Made by a program: the position numbers and the translations under genes | Assembly: GCA_002716355.1 (NCBI GenBank) | Contig: PBAU01000003.1 | Coordinates: 8,597-72,596, forward strand | Length of the DNA stretch: 64,000 nt | Reading direction: 5' to 3' | DNA from: a bacterium | Lineage (GTDB): Bacteria > UBP7 > UBA6624 | Shown: one piece after another, positions 38,604 through 48,704 of the stretch | Numbering within the stretch: position 1 is the stretch's first letter | Layout of the letters: each line of letters opens with the position of its first letter | Notes under the pieces: generated by a model | What the model saw: the letters and a program-made list of their open reading frames with translations, nothing else | Database searches by the model: none | What the model was told of the DNA's origin: nothing

Positions 38604-39340
38604 TTCCAGCCTTTCAACTCCATTGTTTTTTTTGTCAAAAGAAACCAAAATAATCCAAAAAATATAAAGTAAAGAACATTTTCAGGGTTTACTATACCTT
38701 CAGAAAAATTAGCTAATTTTTTCTGAAAGCCTAATTCTGCAAGTCCCTGAAGGAGCGCGTTGGTATTTGTGTTTTCCAAGAAGCCAATAAACCAAAAAGA
38801 AAGAAATACTGGAAAGGATATTGAAAATGCAGCTGTCAGATTCTCTGTGATTGAAGATATGAATACTCCAAGCCCTGACAATGCAAAAGAAAGCAATATT
38901 AAACCTATCAGGCCACTTAGGTAATGGCCATAATCAATGACGCCAAACTTGCCCAGCCAGACAATTCCTATTGTTGGGAGGGATAAAATAGCAAAAATTA
39001 AAATTGTAGAAGCTATAAGCTTTCCAAGGATTATGCTAGATGCTTTAATCGGTTGTGAAAGAAGAAATTCAAGAGTGTTTTCTTTTCTTTCAAGGCATAT
39101 TGTTGATATTGTTATGAACGGTGAGAAGAGAACCCCTAGGAAACAAGAGTCAAGAAGAAGGACTGTCATTGGGCCATCATTCCAGTTTCCAGGTGTGGAA
39201 AATGGATCTGAATAATTCATAAGGTTTAGAGTTAAAAAATAACCCTGAATCAACAGAAGGCCAATCAATCCAATCCAAACACTGACCCCTTTGTTGTGGC
39301 CCTGCAGCTCTTTTGTGATTATTTTTTTAACTGTGTTCAT
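38600..39340 (-). CDS. ABC-2 family permease (GldF-like)
   Basis: 6 TM ABC-2 permease topology, 246 aa. Confidence 0.75.
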   Translation of the reverse strand: MNTVKKIITKELQGHNKGVSVWIGLIGLLLIQGYFLTLNLMNYSDPFSTPGNWNDGPMTVLLLDSCFLGVLFSPFITISTICLERKENTLEFLLSQPIKASSIILGKLIASTILIFAILSLPTIGIVWLGKFGVIDYGHYLSGLIGLILLSFALSGLGVFISSITENLTAAFSISFPVFLSFWFIGFLENTNTNALLQGLAELGFQKKLANFSEGIVNPENVLYFIFFGLFWFLLTKKTMELKGWK

Positions 39341-40035
39341 TTTTCTTTTATTGTTTTCAGGTAAATTTTTTTAAGGTTTTTGTCTTTTATCTCTGAGTCA
39401 AATTTTATTTTTCCACCAGAAAGGATGAACGCTCTAGAGCATAGTTGCTGAATTATTTCTAACCTATGGCTAGACATCACAAAAGAAGTGCCTTCTTGAT
39501 TCTTGATATCTTTGATAGTTTTTTCAAAATTTACAATTTGTTCAGGGTCTAGTCCGGTTGTTGGTTCATCTAGGAATACTATTTCAGGCTTGCCTATTAA
39601 TGATAAAGCCAATGCAACTCTTTGCCTGAAACCTCTTGAAAGAAATTTATTCAATCTATTAGAAATTTTTTTTATTTTTGTCAATTCAGCAACTCTTTCG
39701 TATTCTTGTTCAGGGTTTTTTATTGAGTGTAGATTGATTGCTAGAGATATTTGTTCACGAGGTGTCATGTTTGAGTAAAGGGGTAATTTTTCTGGCAGGT
39801 ATCCAATTTTATTCTTAATTAGATGGCTGTATTCTGAATAATTTTTATCTTTAAATTGAATCTGACCATTATCCTGCTTAAGAAAGCCAGACAAGATTCG
39901 CAATGTAGTTGTTTTTCCTGCTCCATTTGGTCCGAGAAAGCCCACAATACTGCTTTTTGGAATTTTAAAATTCAAGTTATCAAGTATTTTTTTACCTGAA
40001 AAGCTTTTAGTTAAATTATTAACAGTTAGCAACAT
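39337..40035 (-). CDS. ABC transporter ATP-binding protein (GldA-like)
   Basis: Walker A GPNGAGKTT, signature LSRGFRQR, Walker B FLDEPT. Confidence 0.9.
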   Translation of the reverse strand: MLLTVNNLTKSFSGKKILDNLNFKIPKSSIVGFLGPNGAGKTTTLRILSGFLKQDNGQIQFKDKNYSEYSHLIKNKIGYLPEKLPLYSNMTPREQISLAINLHSIKNPEQEYERVAELTKIKKISNRLNKFLSRGFRQRVALALSLIGKPEIVFLDEPTTGLDPEQIVNFEKTIKDIKNQEGTSFVMSSHRLEIIQQLCSRAFILSGGKIKFDSEIKDKNLKKIYLKTIKEK

Positions 40036-40095
40036 AATGCTTATCTTAAAACTATTACTTATATTCCTGATTGAGAAATTAGAATATTTCCAAGT

Positions 40096-40917
40096 ATGCT
40101 AACAGTTCCAAAAATCAAAAACTTTTCAAAAGATGAAAAATTGATTGCTTTGACGGCTTATGACAGGCCTTCTGCCATTTCTGCAGACAAGGCGGGCGTG
40201 GATATCGTCTTGGTTGGAGATTCTCTTTCTAATGTTATTTTGGGTAATGAAAATACAACCTCAATAGGCATGAAAGAAATGACTTATCATGTTACTGCTG
40301 TTTCTAAATTTATTAATAGCAGTTTAATTGTTGCCGATCTTCCTTTTGGTTCAGTTCAGTCTGGTTTACAGGTTGCTTCTGGACATGCGTGTGAGTTGAT
40401 TAGATGTGGAGCTAATGCAATAAAGATTGAAGGTGGAGAGGAGGTTCTAGAGCTAGTTGAGCATCTAACAAAGCATGGCGTTCCTGTTATGGGTCACGTG
40501 GGTTTAACGCCGCAAAAAGTAGAGCAGATTGGAGGGCATTTGGTTCAAGGAAAGACAGCAAAAGACTCAAAAAGAATTTATAAAGAAGCGAGATCTTTGG
40601 AGAGTTCAGGTGTTTTTTCGATTGTTCTTGAGTGTGTTCCTATGCAGTTAGCGAAAAAGATAACTTCAGATACGAATGTTCCAACTGTCGGTATAGGGAG
40701 TGGTCCTTGTTGCAATGGTCAAATTCTTGTATTCCATGATTTAATTGGATGGCATCAAGGGAAATTTAAATTTTTGAAAAAACCTTTTGGTGACGTCTCG
40801 AGAGAGATCAATAATGCTATAAGCTCTTTTTCAGAGTCTGTAAAAAAAGGCTCTTATCCAAGTGCTGATGAATCTTGGTCCATTTCAGAAGACTTAATTG
40901 AAGATCTCGAACAATGA
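40096..40917 (+). CDS. panB: 3-methyl-2-oxobutanoate hydroxymethyltransferase
   Basis: PanB signatures (LTAYDRPSA, VLVGDSL, IKIEGG). Confidence 0.9.
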   Translation: MLTVPKIKNFSKDEKLIALTAYDRPSAISADKAGVDIVLVGDSLSNVILGNENTTSIGMKEMTYHVTAVSKFINSSLIVADLPFGSVQSGLQVASGHACELIRCGANAIKIEGGEEVLELVEHLTKHGVPVMGHVGLTPQKVEQIGGHLVQGKTAKDSKRIYKEARSLESSGVFSIVLECVPMQLAKKITSDTNVPTVGIGSGPCCNGQILVFHDLIGWHQGKFKFLKKPFGDVSREINNAISSFSESVKKGSYPSADESWSISEDLIEDLEQ

Positions 40918-41690
40918 AAAAGAAAATTTTCGTGCCCACTATGGGAGCATTGCATAAGGGTCATGCTTCACTAATAAAGGAAGGTTCAAAAATTGGCGAT
41001 GTTATTGTCTCCATATTTGTTAACCCAACACAATTTGGAGCAAATGAAGATTTTGACAGTTATCCGAGAAGGAAGGAGGATGATTTTGCTTATGCTATTT
41101 CTTCAGGAGCGAAAGAGGTATGGTTCCCTACCTTGGATGAAATTTACCCAGATGGTCCTTTTATAAGTGAGAGCTCTGGTGAGCTCGGATCTATCCTAGA
41201 GGGTTCTTTCAGGCCAGGTTTTTTTGACGGAGTTCTAACTGTTGTTAAAAAGTTATTTCAGATTGTTGAACCTGATGTTGCCATTTTTGGTGAGAAAGAT
41301 TGGCAACAGCTAGTTTTGGTTAAAGAGTTTTCAAAAATGTTTAATGGTCCTGAGATAATGAGCGTTAAAACAAAAAGAGACAATAATGGTCTTGCTCTGT
41401 CTTCTAGGAATTCCTATCTGTCTAAAGACGGATATAGTCAATCTTTATACATTCCAGAAGCTTTATTGAAAGTGAAAACCGCCTGGAGTGAAGGTTTAAG
41501 AGACGTAAGGACTCTAGAAGCAATTGGTATTGACTTTTTATCAGAAAAAATTAGTAAAATTGACTATTTAGAAGTAAGGCCCAGTTTTTTGTTGCCAAAA
41601 TTGGACATCTTGAATCAGGATGCTAGAGTTTTGGTAGCGGCTTGGGTTGAAGGAACAAGATTGATAGATAATGAGGAGTTGACTTTATGA
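40914..41690 (+). CDS. panC: pantoate--beta-alanine ligase
   Basis: VPTMGALHKGHASLI HIGH-like motif. 258 aa. Confidence 0.9.
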   Translation: MKKKIFVPTMGALHKGHASLIKEGSKIGDVIVSIFVNPTQFGANEDFDSYPRRKEDDFAYAISSGAKEVWFPTLDEIYPDGPFISESSGELGSILEGSFRPGFFDGVLTVVKKLFQIVEPDVAIFGEKDWQQLVLVKEFSKMFNGPEIMSVKTKRDNNGLALSSRNSYLSKDGYSQSLYIPEALLKVKTAWSEGLRDVRTLEAIGIDFLSEKISKIDYLEVRPSFLLPKLDILNQDARVLVAAWVEGTRLIDNEELTL

Positions 41691-42058
41691 GAGAGATGCT
41701 TAATTGCAAAATTCACGGAGGATATGTAACTAATTCCGATCTTGATTACGAAGGTTCTTGTGGCCTTGGTCCTGATTTGCTTGAAGCTTCAGGCATTCTT
41801 CCTTTTGAGAAGATATCGGTTTTGAACATTTCAAATGGAAAAAGGATTCACACTTATGTTATCAAGGAAAAAGAAGACAAGGCTATAACTTTAAATGGAG
41901 CTGCGGCTCATTATTTTAAAAAAGGTGACAAGGTCATTATTCTGTGTTATAAATTACAGGGTGAACATTGTATTAAAAATCATAAGGCGAGGATTGTTAT
42001 TCTAGATTCAGATAATTCTATAAAATCAAATTCTTTAAGAGGCCTTGACTATGAGTAG
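41687..42058 (+). CDS. panD: aspartate 1-decarboxylase (pyruvoyl-dependent)
   Basis: MLNCKIHGGYVTNSDLDYEGSC: conserved K9 and the Gly-Ser self-cleavage site. Confidence 0.9.
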   Translation: MREMLNCKIHGGYVTNSDLDYEGSCGLGPDLLEASGILPFEKISVLNISNGKRIHTYVIKEKEDKAITLNGAAAHYFKKGDKVIILCYKLQGEHCIKNHKARIVILDSDNSIKSNSLRGLDYE

Positions 42059-43034
42059 CTTTAAAGAGGCCGCTAAAAGGGTTATGTTGGCTGAGTCAAA
42101 GGCAATCCTTTCTGCTGCTGACCTTCTAGACAAAGGTTTTGAAGATGCTTTCAATATTGTTATGGCATCTTCTGGGAGTTTTGTTATTTCAGGTATAGGA
42201 AAATCAGGATTAATTGGCAGAAAGATATCATCTACACTTGCCAGCCTGGGAACACCTAGTGTTTTCATGCATGCTGGAGAAGCTTTGCATGGTGATTTGG
42301 GTCTAATTTCAGAAAATGATGTAGCGATGTTGATTTCAAACTCTGGAAATACAACTGAAATTCTTGGTTTGATACCTTCTTTAAAAATGAGAAAAATACC
42401 TATTATTGCACTTACAGGCAATTTAAGTTCAACACTTGCAAGAGAAGCAGATGCTGTTTTGAACTCTTTTGTTTCAAGGGAGGCTGATCAGCATGATCTA
42501 GCACCAACCTCATCTACAACCGTAATGATGGCTTTAGGAGATGCTTTAGCTGTAGCCTTAGCTGAAGAAAGAAACTTTACCCCATCAGACTTTGCGATGT
42601 ATCACCCTGGAGGCTCTCTCGGCAATGCTTTATCGAAGGTTCATCAATGGATGGTTAGGGATGATTTACCAATAGTTGATCCGGATGATACTTTGCAGTC
42701 TTGTGTTATAAGGATGTCAGCTGGGAATCTTGGAGCTGTAATTTTGGTCAAAGGGGACAAGGTAGAGGGCATATTCACAGATGGCGACCTGAGAAGACTT
42801 TTTGAAGGAAATGATTCTTTGGATAATTTGGTGTCTCAAAAGATAGTAAATATTGCTAACAAAAATCCAAAAATAATAAATAAAAATGATTTAGCCAGCT
42901 CAGCATTAGAAAAAATGGAATCAAATGCAATAACTGTAATGCCGGTTGTTGATGGGAGTTCTAATTTAGTAGGTGTTATTCATTTGCACAATCTTGTTCA
43001 AGCTGGAATGGGAGTAAAGAAAAATGGAAAATAA
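42045..43034 (+). CDS. kpsF: arabinose-5-phosphate isomerase (KpsF/GutQ family; SIS + tandem CBS)
   Basis: SIS domain (FVISGIGKSGLIGRKISSTLASLGTPS) plus two C-terminal CBS repeats. Confidence 0.85.
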   Translation: MTMSSFKEAAKRVMLAESKAILSAADLLDKGFEDAFNIVMASSGSFVISGIGKSGLIGRKISSTLASLGTPSVFMHAGEALHGDLGLISENDVAMLISNSGNTTEILGLIPSLKMRKIPIIALTGNLSSTLAREADAVLNSFVSREADQHDLAPTSSTTVMMALGDALAVALAEERNFTPSDFAMYHPGGSLGNALSKVHQWMVRDDLPIVDPDDTLQSCVIRMSAGNLGAVILVKGDKVEGIFTDGDLRRLFEGNDSLDNLVSQKIVNIANKNPKIINKNDLASSALEKMESNAITVMPVVDGSSNLVGVIHLHNLVQAGMGVKKNGK

Positions 43035-44376
43035 ATTGAAATCTGTAGCGGAAAAAATGTGGAAAACTAGAGCTTCTAATGTTAGAGAGAGTTTGTCAAA
43101 GAGCATTTTGGTAGATGGTTACCATCTTGTCTTAGATCTTGAAAAGAGCAAAGGTTCGATCCTGGTTGACGCTTCAGACAACAAGGAGTACATAGATCTT
43201 TTTAGCATGTTTGCGAGTCAGCCAATTGGTGTTAATCATGAATCTTTTCTAGATGATGATTTTTTGTTGAAGTTAGGTGTTGTTGGTTCCCATAAGCCTG
43301 TTAATTCAGACGTTTACACTCAACCATATGCTGATTTTGTAACTGCTATGTCGAGAGTTGTGACAAATGAATATCCACATCTTTTTTTCATAGAGGGAGG
43401 TTCTTTGGCTGTTGAAAATGCCTTGAAGGTAGCTTTTGATTGGAAGATGCGTAAGAATCTTGAATCAGAAAAAGAAGTTCATGAAAACCTTCTTTCAATT
43501 GCCCATTTGGAAAAATCCTTTCATGGCAGGTCAGGATACACTTTAAGCTTAACCAACACTGCAGATCCAAGAAAAACAATGTTTTTTCCTAAGTTCGACT
43601 GGCCTAGGCTACCCTGCCCTTCTAGAACTTTTCCAGAGACAGAAAGCTCCCTGGCTTCTTTGATTGAAAAAGAGAAAGATTTCATAGACAAGCTTGACTC
43701 CTTTGAAAAAGAGCACCCAAATCAAATAGCAGCTGTTCTAATGGAGACTATCCAGGGAGAAGGTGGAGACAATCATTTTCGAAATGAATTTTTAGCAAAA
43801 GTTAGATCTTGGTGTGATTCAAATGATGTTTTGCTTATTTTCGATGAGGTTCAAGTTGGAATGGGCATAACTGGTAATTGGTGGGCTTGGCAAGGTACGG
43901 ACGTTAAGCCGGATATTTTTTCTTTCGGAAAGAAATCTCAAGTTTGTGGAATAGCTGCTAGCAGTCGGATTGATGATGTTGATAATTGTTTCAAGGTAAG
44001 CAGCAGGATAAATTCAACATGGGGTGGAAATTTAGTTGACATGGTTAGGGTTACAAAATATATAGAAATCATTGAAAAAGAAAATTTGCTTGACAATTGC
44101 AGTCAAGTGGGTGCCTTTTTACTTCAGGGTTTAAAAGATATGGCTAAAGATTTTGATGACCTGGTTAGTAATGTTAGAGGTGCTGGCCTTATGTGCGCTT
44201 TTGATCTACCTAACGAAGAAATTAGAGATACTGTACGGTCTCTCCTTGTTGAGGAAGGGGTTTTGATATTAGGTTGTGGAGATAGATCCTTGAGGTTTAG
44301 ACCTGTATTGGATGTTTCAAAAGATGTTATAGCTAAAGCTTTAAATTTGATAAGAAAGGTTTTGAATAAAGTTTGA
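43024..44376 (+). CDS. class III PLP-dependent aminotransferase (lysine epsilon-aminotransferase-like)
   Basis: DEVQVGMGITG motif and Schiff-base lysine context FGKKSQ. 450 aa. Confidence 0.75.
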   Translation: MENKLKSVAEKMWKTRASNVRESLSKSILVDGYHLVLDLEKSKGSILVDASDNKEYIDLFSMFASQPIGVNHESFLDDDFLLKLGVVGSHKPVNSDVYTQPYADFVTAMSRVVTNEYPHLFFIEGGSLAVENALKVAFDWKMRKNLESEKEVHENLLSIAHLEKSFHGRSGYTLSLTNTADPRKTMFFPKFDWPRLPCPSRTFPETESSLASLIEKEKDFIDKLDSFEKEHPNQIAAVLMETIQGEGGDNHFRNEFLAKVRSWCDSNDVLLIFDEVQVGMGITGNWWAWQGTDVKPDIFSFGKKSQVCGIAASSRIDDVDNCFKVSSRINSTWGGNLVDMVRVTKYIEIIEKENLLDNCSQVGAFLLQGLKDMAKDFDDLVSNVRGAGLMCAFDLPNEEIRDTVRSLLVEEGVLILGCGDRSLRFRPVLDVSKDVIAKALNLIRKVLNKV

Positions 44377-44939
44377 AAGTAAAGTCTGAAAAGTTTTATG
44401 TAATTATTGTTCTAATTTGTGTTTTGTCGTTTTTTGTGATTGATGTCTCTTCCGGAATTCTAGAACATCCTGAAAATGAAAAGACATTAATTGCTGAGAA
44501 CCCTACTTCAAATTGTCATCTGAGTGATTTTGGTTATTCTGACTCTGGTTTTTTAAAAGATTTTAAAGAATGCTTGTCGTTAGTTTATGGATATGCACTT
44601 ACCCATTCCGATAAGATTACTTTTTTTCTTGATCAAGGTGTTGGCTTGCAAGGCACACCATCTTTGATAAAGGCTGAATACGGTAAAAGACTAACTGTTT
44701 CAAGAGAGCTAAAAAGCGATGAGGGCATTGTTTTTGTTCAGGATGATTTTGAAATATATTTTTTTAATTCTGATGAAAATTTGAATTTTGCCAATAATCA
44801 ATTAATGAATTGGGAAAGTTTAAATGCTGTTTTTATACCATTAAAATTTTTTAATCTAGAAAAACGAATCCTTCTTCTTGGTTCAAACAATGACCCTCTG
44901 GTTCTTTCTAAAAAAATAAAAGATCTAATTGAAAATTAA
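44373..44939 (+). CDS. hypothetical exported protein
   Basis: N-terminal TM/signal. No recognisable domain. Confidence 0.35.
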   Translation: MKVKSEKFYVIIVLICVLSFFVIDVSSGILEHPENEKTLIAENPTSNCHLSDFGYSDSGFLKDFKECLSLVYGYALTHSDKITFFLDQGVGLQGTPSLIKAEYGKRLTVSRELKSDEGIVFVQDDFEIYFFNSDENLNFANNQLMNWESLNAVFIPLKFFNLEKRILLLGSNNDPLVLSKKIKDLIEN

Positions 44940-45977
44940 TTTAGCAATTTTTTCACCAGCTCTTAAGCCTTTACTTTGAGGGTTTTTTAGTTTTTTTATT
45001 TTTTTCAAAGTTTTTATAAATAATGTGCAACTTGCATCTTGTGAAAGAACTTCAGCCGTATATTCTGCAGCATGCTCTTCGGCATTTGCAAACTGATGAT
45101 TGTCTTTTGTTTTTAAAGGTATCAATATTGATTTTTTACCAAGTGCTTTTATTTCTGCGAGAGTGCATGCCCCTGCTCTGCAGATTACAATGTCAGAAGC
45201 GCACATCCATTCATCCAAACTATCTGTGAATTTGTTTACTTTGTAGGGGATTTTTTGGTTATCTAAAGATTTTTTTATTTCTTCTGAACCTGATCCGCAT
45301 TGCCAAAAAATGAAAATTTGAGAAAATGTTTCATTTATCATCTTTAGGGACTCTGTTATCATTTTGTTGATTTTTTGCGAACCTTGACTTCCTCCTGTTA
45401 CACATAGCACAAACATATTTTCTTTTATGTTGAGCTTTTTTCTGATTTCTTCTTTTTTGAACTGTTTGTATTTCTTATAAACCGGAACGTTAATCCCTAT
45501 TGCTTTTTTACCAAAATAGTTTTGAAGTTTCTTTGAGCAGAATATTTTGTTTGCGATTCTTTTCAAAATTTTATTTGCCCAGCCAGGCTTGGCATTAGGT
45601 TCTATTAATATTATTTTTTTATTCATGATTTTTGCAGCTATCAAGCCTGGGAAGCTTGCATAGCCACCAGTCCCTATGACTATTTCAGGGTTGAAATCTC
45701 GAATTATCTTAAAAGTTTTTGTTAATGCTAGAAAATGAAAGAATGCACTTTTGAAATTTCTTCCTGATTTTAAATTTTGATTGATGTGTTTTATTTTCTT
45801 GCTTTTTAAAACAATGGAATCTATTCTGTCTGTGCCTAGCCACAAAAGATCATGATCCACATTTTCTAGAATTGCTAGAGCTGGTGTCACATGGCCTATT
45901 GTTCCGCCTCCGCAAACAAGAACTTTTGTTTTGATTATTTTGTGACCTCGTTTTTCCACATATAAATAATTGAGCAT
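44925..45977 (-). CDS. murG: undecaprenyldiphospho-muramoylpentapeptide beta-N-acetylglucosaminyltransferase
   Basis: VLVCGGGTIGHVTPALAI glycine-rich N-motif. GT28 C-terminal domain. Confidence 0.85.
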   Translation of the reverse strand: MLNYLYVEKRGHKIIKTKVLVCGGGTIGHVTPALAILENVDHDLLWLGTDRIDSIVLKSKKIKHINQNLKSGRNFKSAFFHFLALTKTFKIIRDFNPEIVIGTGGYASFPGLIAAKIMNKKIILIEPNAKPGWANKILKRIANKIFCSKKLQNYFGKKAIGINVPVYKKYKQFKKEEIRKKLNIKENMFVLCVTGGSQGSQKINKMITESLKMINETFSQIFIFWQCGSGSEEIKKSLDNQKIPYKVNKFTDSLDEWMCASDIVICRAGACTLAEIKALGKKSILIPLKTKDNHQFANAEEHAAEYTAEVLSQDASCTLFIKTLKKIKKLKNPQSKGLRAGEKIAKLIFN

Positions 45978-47476
45978 GCAGATATTGCAGCTTTTATCCA
46001 GTGTAAGCCATTCCCCAAATATAGAAAGGTTGTTATCATCATCAATAAGGTATTAAGCCAATTCGCGTCTTCAAAAAAAGAAACTGCCACTAAGGAAAAG
46101 AAGGGCAAAAAGAATGAATCTTGTTCAAAAAGAATGAAAAAAAAGAAAATGCCAATAAGGTATTTTTTTGTTTTTTTGGAAATGCTGAATATGTTTTTGT
46201 TTTTAATTTCGAATTCTTTTCTCAACAGAAGCACTCCAATTGAAACTGAGACTATAGAGGAGAGAGGAACTGCAGAAAGTTTATTCTCTAAATTTCCGTA
46301 GAAAAAAAATGCAAGAAAAGCTAGACAGCTTAAGAATTGTATTAATTTGATTTTTATGAGTTTTTTGTGTATGTTTTTAGCATAGCAGGCTTTCGTGAGT
46401 ATTGATTCAGATATGACTAAAGGAAGGGATATTGCTAGTATTTTAAATATCGCAGCAACTTGAGCTGTGTCATTATTTGTGAATTTTCCATATTGGAAAA
46501 GCAGCTCTGTAAAGAATTTTGATTCAAAGAAAAAATATATTGTCATCGGTATTGCCAATACAAAACCTATCCTTAATGCCTTTTCTAGCTCTCTTGAAAA
46601 ATTTGATTTTGAAATTATCGAAAGTTCTGGAAGTGAGGCTTGTGCGATACAGACACCAATAAGAGAGTTAGGAACCTGTATTAGCCTTGTTGAATAGTAT
46701 AGCCATGATATGGATCCTGAGCTTAATAAAGTTGCATAATAGCGTGTTGCAATTAAAGTTAGACTTGGGAAGATGCCTACACCAACACCTTCAAGGTATC
46801 TTTTGTCAAATTGTTCTTGGTACTTGTTTTTCCAATTTATCTTAGGCCATCTTTTGCCAAGCCCAAATGCATAAAATTGAAAAACAACACCTATCCAAGC
46901 GCCCCATCCTGCTCCCCATGTTAATGTTTCAATAGGATCTTTTTTCAAGAATAAAACACATGCAATTATTGATAAGTTTAATATTATTGGGGTTAATGAC
47001 GCAGCCAGCATCCTTCCCTGGCTTCTTAAAACACAGCTAGCCCATATGCTAATTACTGCACCAGAAATATATCCTAAAAGTCCTTTTATAAGGCTTGAAA
47101 GCATTTCAAGTTCAATATCTGACGGTTTATAGGCTGTTAAAAAGGTTGCAATGCTGCCAGAAAAGAGAGAAAGCATTACGAGAGTGGGAACCAACACTAA
47201 TACAATTTTCGTTAAAAGCGATCCGCTTGCAGACTGGTGCTTTTCTTTGTCTGCAGCAATTTTTGACATAGCCGGAATCGATATTGACTCCAAAGGGGTT
47301 TCTGCTAAAGCTGTTTTTAATGATGTTAATATTTGAAAACTTAAAGCCCAAGCATCCATTATGGAGTCACTTCCAAATTTTGAGGCCAAAAGAAGATCTC
47401 TTATGTATCCTGTTGCTTTACTAAATGATATTCCTAAAAAATTTTTAAAAGTTCTTATTTCTAATTTTTTTTTCAA
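45935..47476 (-). CDS. murJ: lipid II flippase MurJ/MviN
   Basis: N-terminal MurJ pattern (ATGYIRDLLLASKFGSDSIMDAWALSFQI). About 14 TM, 513 aa. Confidence 0.75.
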   Translation of the reverse strand: MKKKLEIRTFKNFLGISFSKATGYIRDLLLASKFGSDSIMDAWALSFQILTSLKTALAETPLESISIPAMSKIAADKEKHQSASGSLLTKIVLVLVPTLVMLSLFSGSIATFLTAYKPSDIELEMLSSLIKGLLGYISGAVISIWASCVLRSQGRMLAASLTPIILNLSIIACVLFLKKDPIETLTWGAGWGAWIGVVFQFYAFGLGKRWPKINWKNKYQEQFDKRYLEGVGVGIFPSLTLIATRYYATLLSSGSISWLYYSTRLIQVPNSLIGVCIAQASLPELSIISKSNFSRELEKALRIGFVLAIPMTIYFFFESKFFTELLFQYGKFTNNDTAQVAAIFKILAISLPLVISESILTKACYAKNIHKKLIKIKLIQFLSCLAFLAFFFYGNLENKLSAVPLSSIVSVSIGVLLLRKEFEIKNKNIFSISKKTKKYLIGIFFFFILFEQDSFFLPFFSLVAVSFFEDANWLNTLLMMITTFLYLGNGLHWIKAAISACSIIYMWKNEVTK

Positions 47477-47477
47477 A

Positions 47478-48704
47478 TTAATCTCTTCGTAAAGCGACGA
47501 TTGGATCCAGTTTAGAAGCTTGATTTGCTGGAATTAATCCAAATATCAAGCCTATAGCCATTGAAACTGATGCCGATATGATAAAAACTTGAACATTGAA
47601 TATTGGCTCTCCAGGAAAGTTAGGTATTCGGGAAATACCGTTTATCCCAGCATAGCCAAGAAGCATCCCTAAAAGCCCACCCATGAAAGCTAGCGATACC
47701 GATTCAATTAAGAATTGAATTTGTATGTCTCTATTTAATGCACCCAACGCTTTTCTAAGTCCGATTTCACTTGTTCTTTCAGCGACAGTGACAAGCATGA
47801 TGTTCATGATGCCAATACCACCTATCAACAAAGATATGCTTCCAATTGCAAGAAGAAACATATTGAACCCGTTGATGAAGCCGCTAACTGTATTCACTAT
47901 TTCTCCTGAATTGAATATTCCAAAATCATTTCCTTCAGAAAATTTTATATTGTGTCTTTTCCTTAGAAGTTCGGTGATTTCTTGTTCTGTAAGAGCTATA
48001 TCTTTTAGCGATTTAGCTTCTACATTTATCGTGTTTACACCTTTTCCTCCCGAGAAAAATGATTTTGCTGTTGTGATCGGTATTAAAGATATTTCATCAG
48101 CACTTGAGAAACCTCCATCATCTCTCCCTCCCCCTTCTTTTGCGCTAAGGACACCGATTATTTCGAAAGATATGCCCCCTAAGATGATTTTTTCACCTAT
48201 TGGATCTTGTCCAGGTAGTAATTTTTTCCATAATTCAGGACCTATAACAGTAACTCTTTTTTTGCCTTCGACATCTAATGGTGATAGAAACCTGCCCTTG
48301 TCTATTTCGTAAGATCTGACTGATGAGTATGCTGGCGTTACCCCTCTCACATCAACGCTTAGATTTCTATTGCCAACTCTTGCGATTTCTCGAGCACCAA
48401 CCTCAGGCGCTGCAAAGTTTACATGAGGAAGTTTTTCTATTTCCTCAGCATCTTCTATAGTTAAGGGTTGTACTTTCTTCCTGGTTTCAATTGAGCTGTC
48501 ATAATTTCTTCCAGGCCATACAACCAAAAGATTAGTTCCAAGTCCGGCCATGCTGTCTTCAAAGTTCTTTTTAAAACCTTCACCTACACCAGTGACTATA
48601 ACAACAGAAGCAACACCAAAAGTAACACCTATTAGCGTGAGAACGGATCTAAGTGGTTTTGAAAAAATTGCTCGTATTGCAAATTTTAAATTTTCAATAA
48701 TCAT
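47478..48704 (-). CDS. ABC transporter permease, MacB/FtsX-like
   Basis: N-terminal TM, periplasmic MacB_PCD-like domain, C-terminal FtsX 3-TM bundle. Confidence 0.85.
   Translation of the reverse strand: MIIENLKFAIRAIFSKPLRSVLTLIGVTFGVASVVIVTGVGEGFKKNFEDSMAGLGTNLLVVWPGRNYDSSIETRKKVQPLTIEDAEEIEKLPHVNFAAPEVGAREIARVGNRNLSVDVRGVTPAYSSVRSYEIDKGRFLSPLDVEGKKRVTVIGPELWKKLLPGQDPIGEKIILGGISFEIIGVLSAKEGGGRDDGGFSSADEISLIPITTAKSFFSGGKGVNTINVEAKSLKDIALTEQEITELLRKRHNIKFSEGNDFGIFNSGEIVNTVSGFINGFNMFLLAIGSISLLIGGIGIMNIMLVTVAERTSEIGLRKALGALNRDIQIQFLIESVSLAFMGGLLGMLLGYAGINGISRIPNFPGEPIFNVQVFIISASVSMAIGLIFGLIPANQASKLDPIVALRRD

Noticed and set aside
40036-40095. Divergent promoter between the gldA-like gene and panB (TTGAGA ... 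spacing to possible -10)
   Set aside because: The hexamer spacing does not fit a clean sigma-70 promoter, and the lineage's promoter consensus is unknown. It is not reported as a feature.
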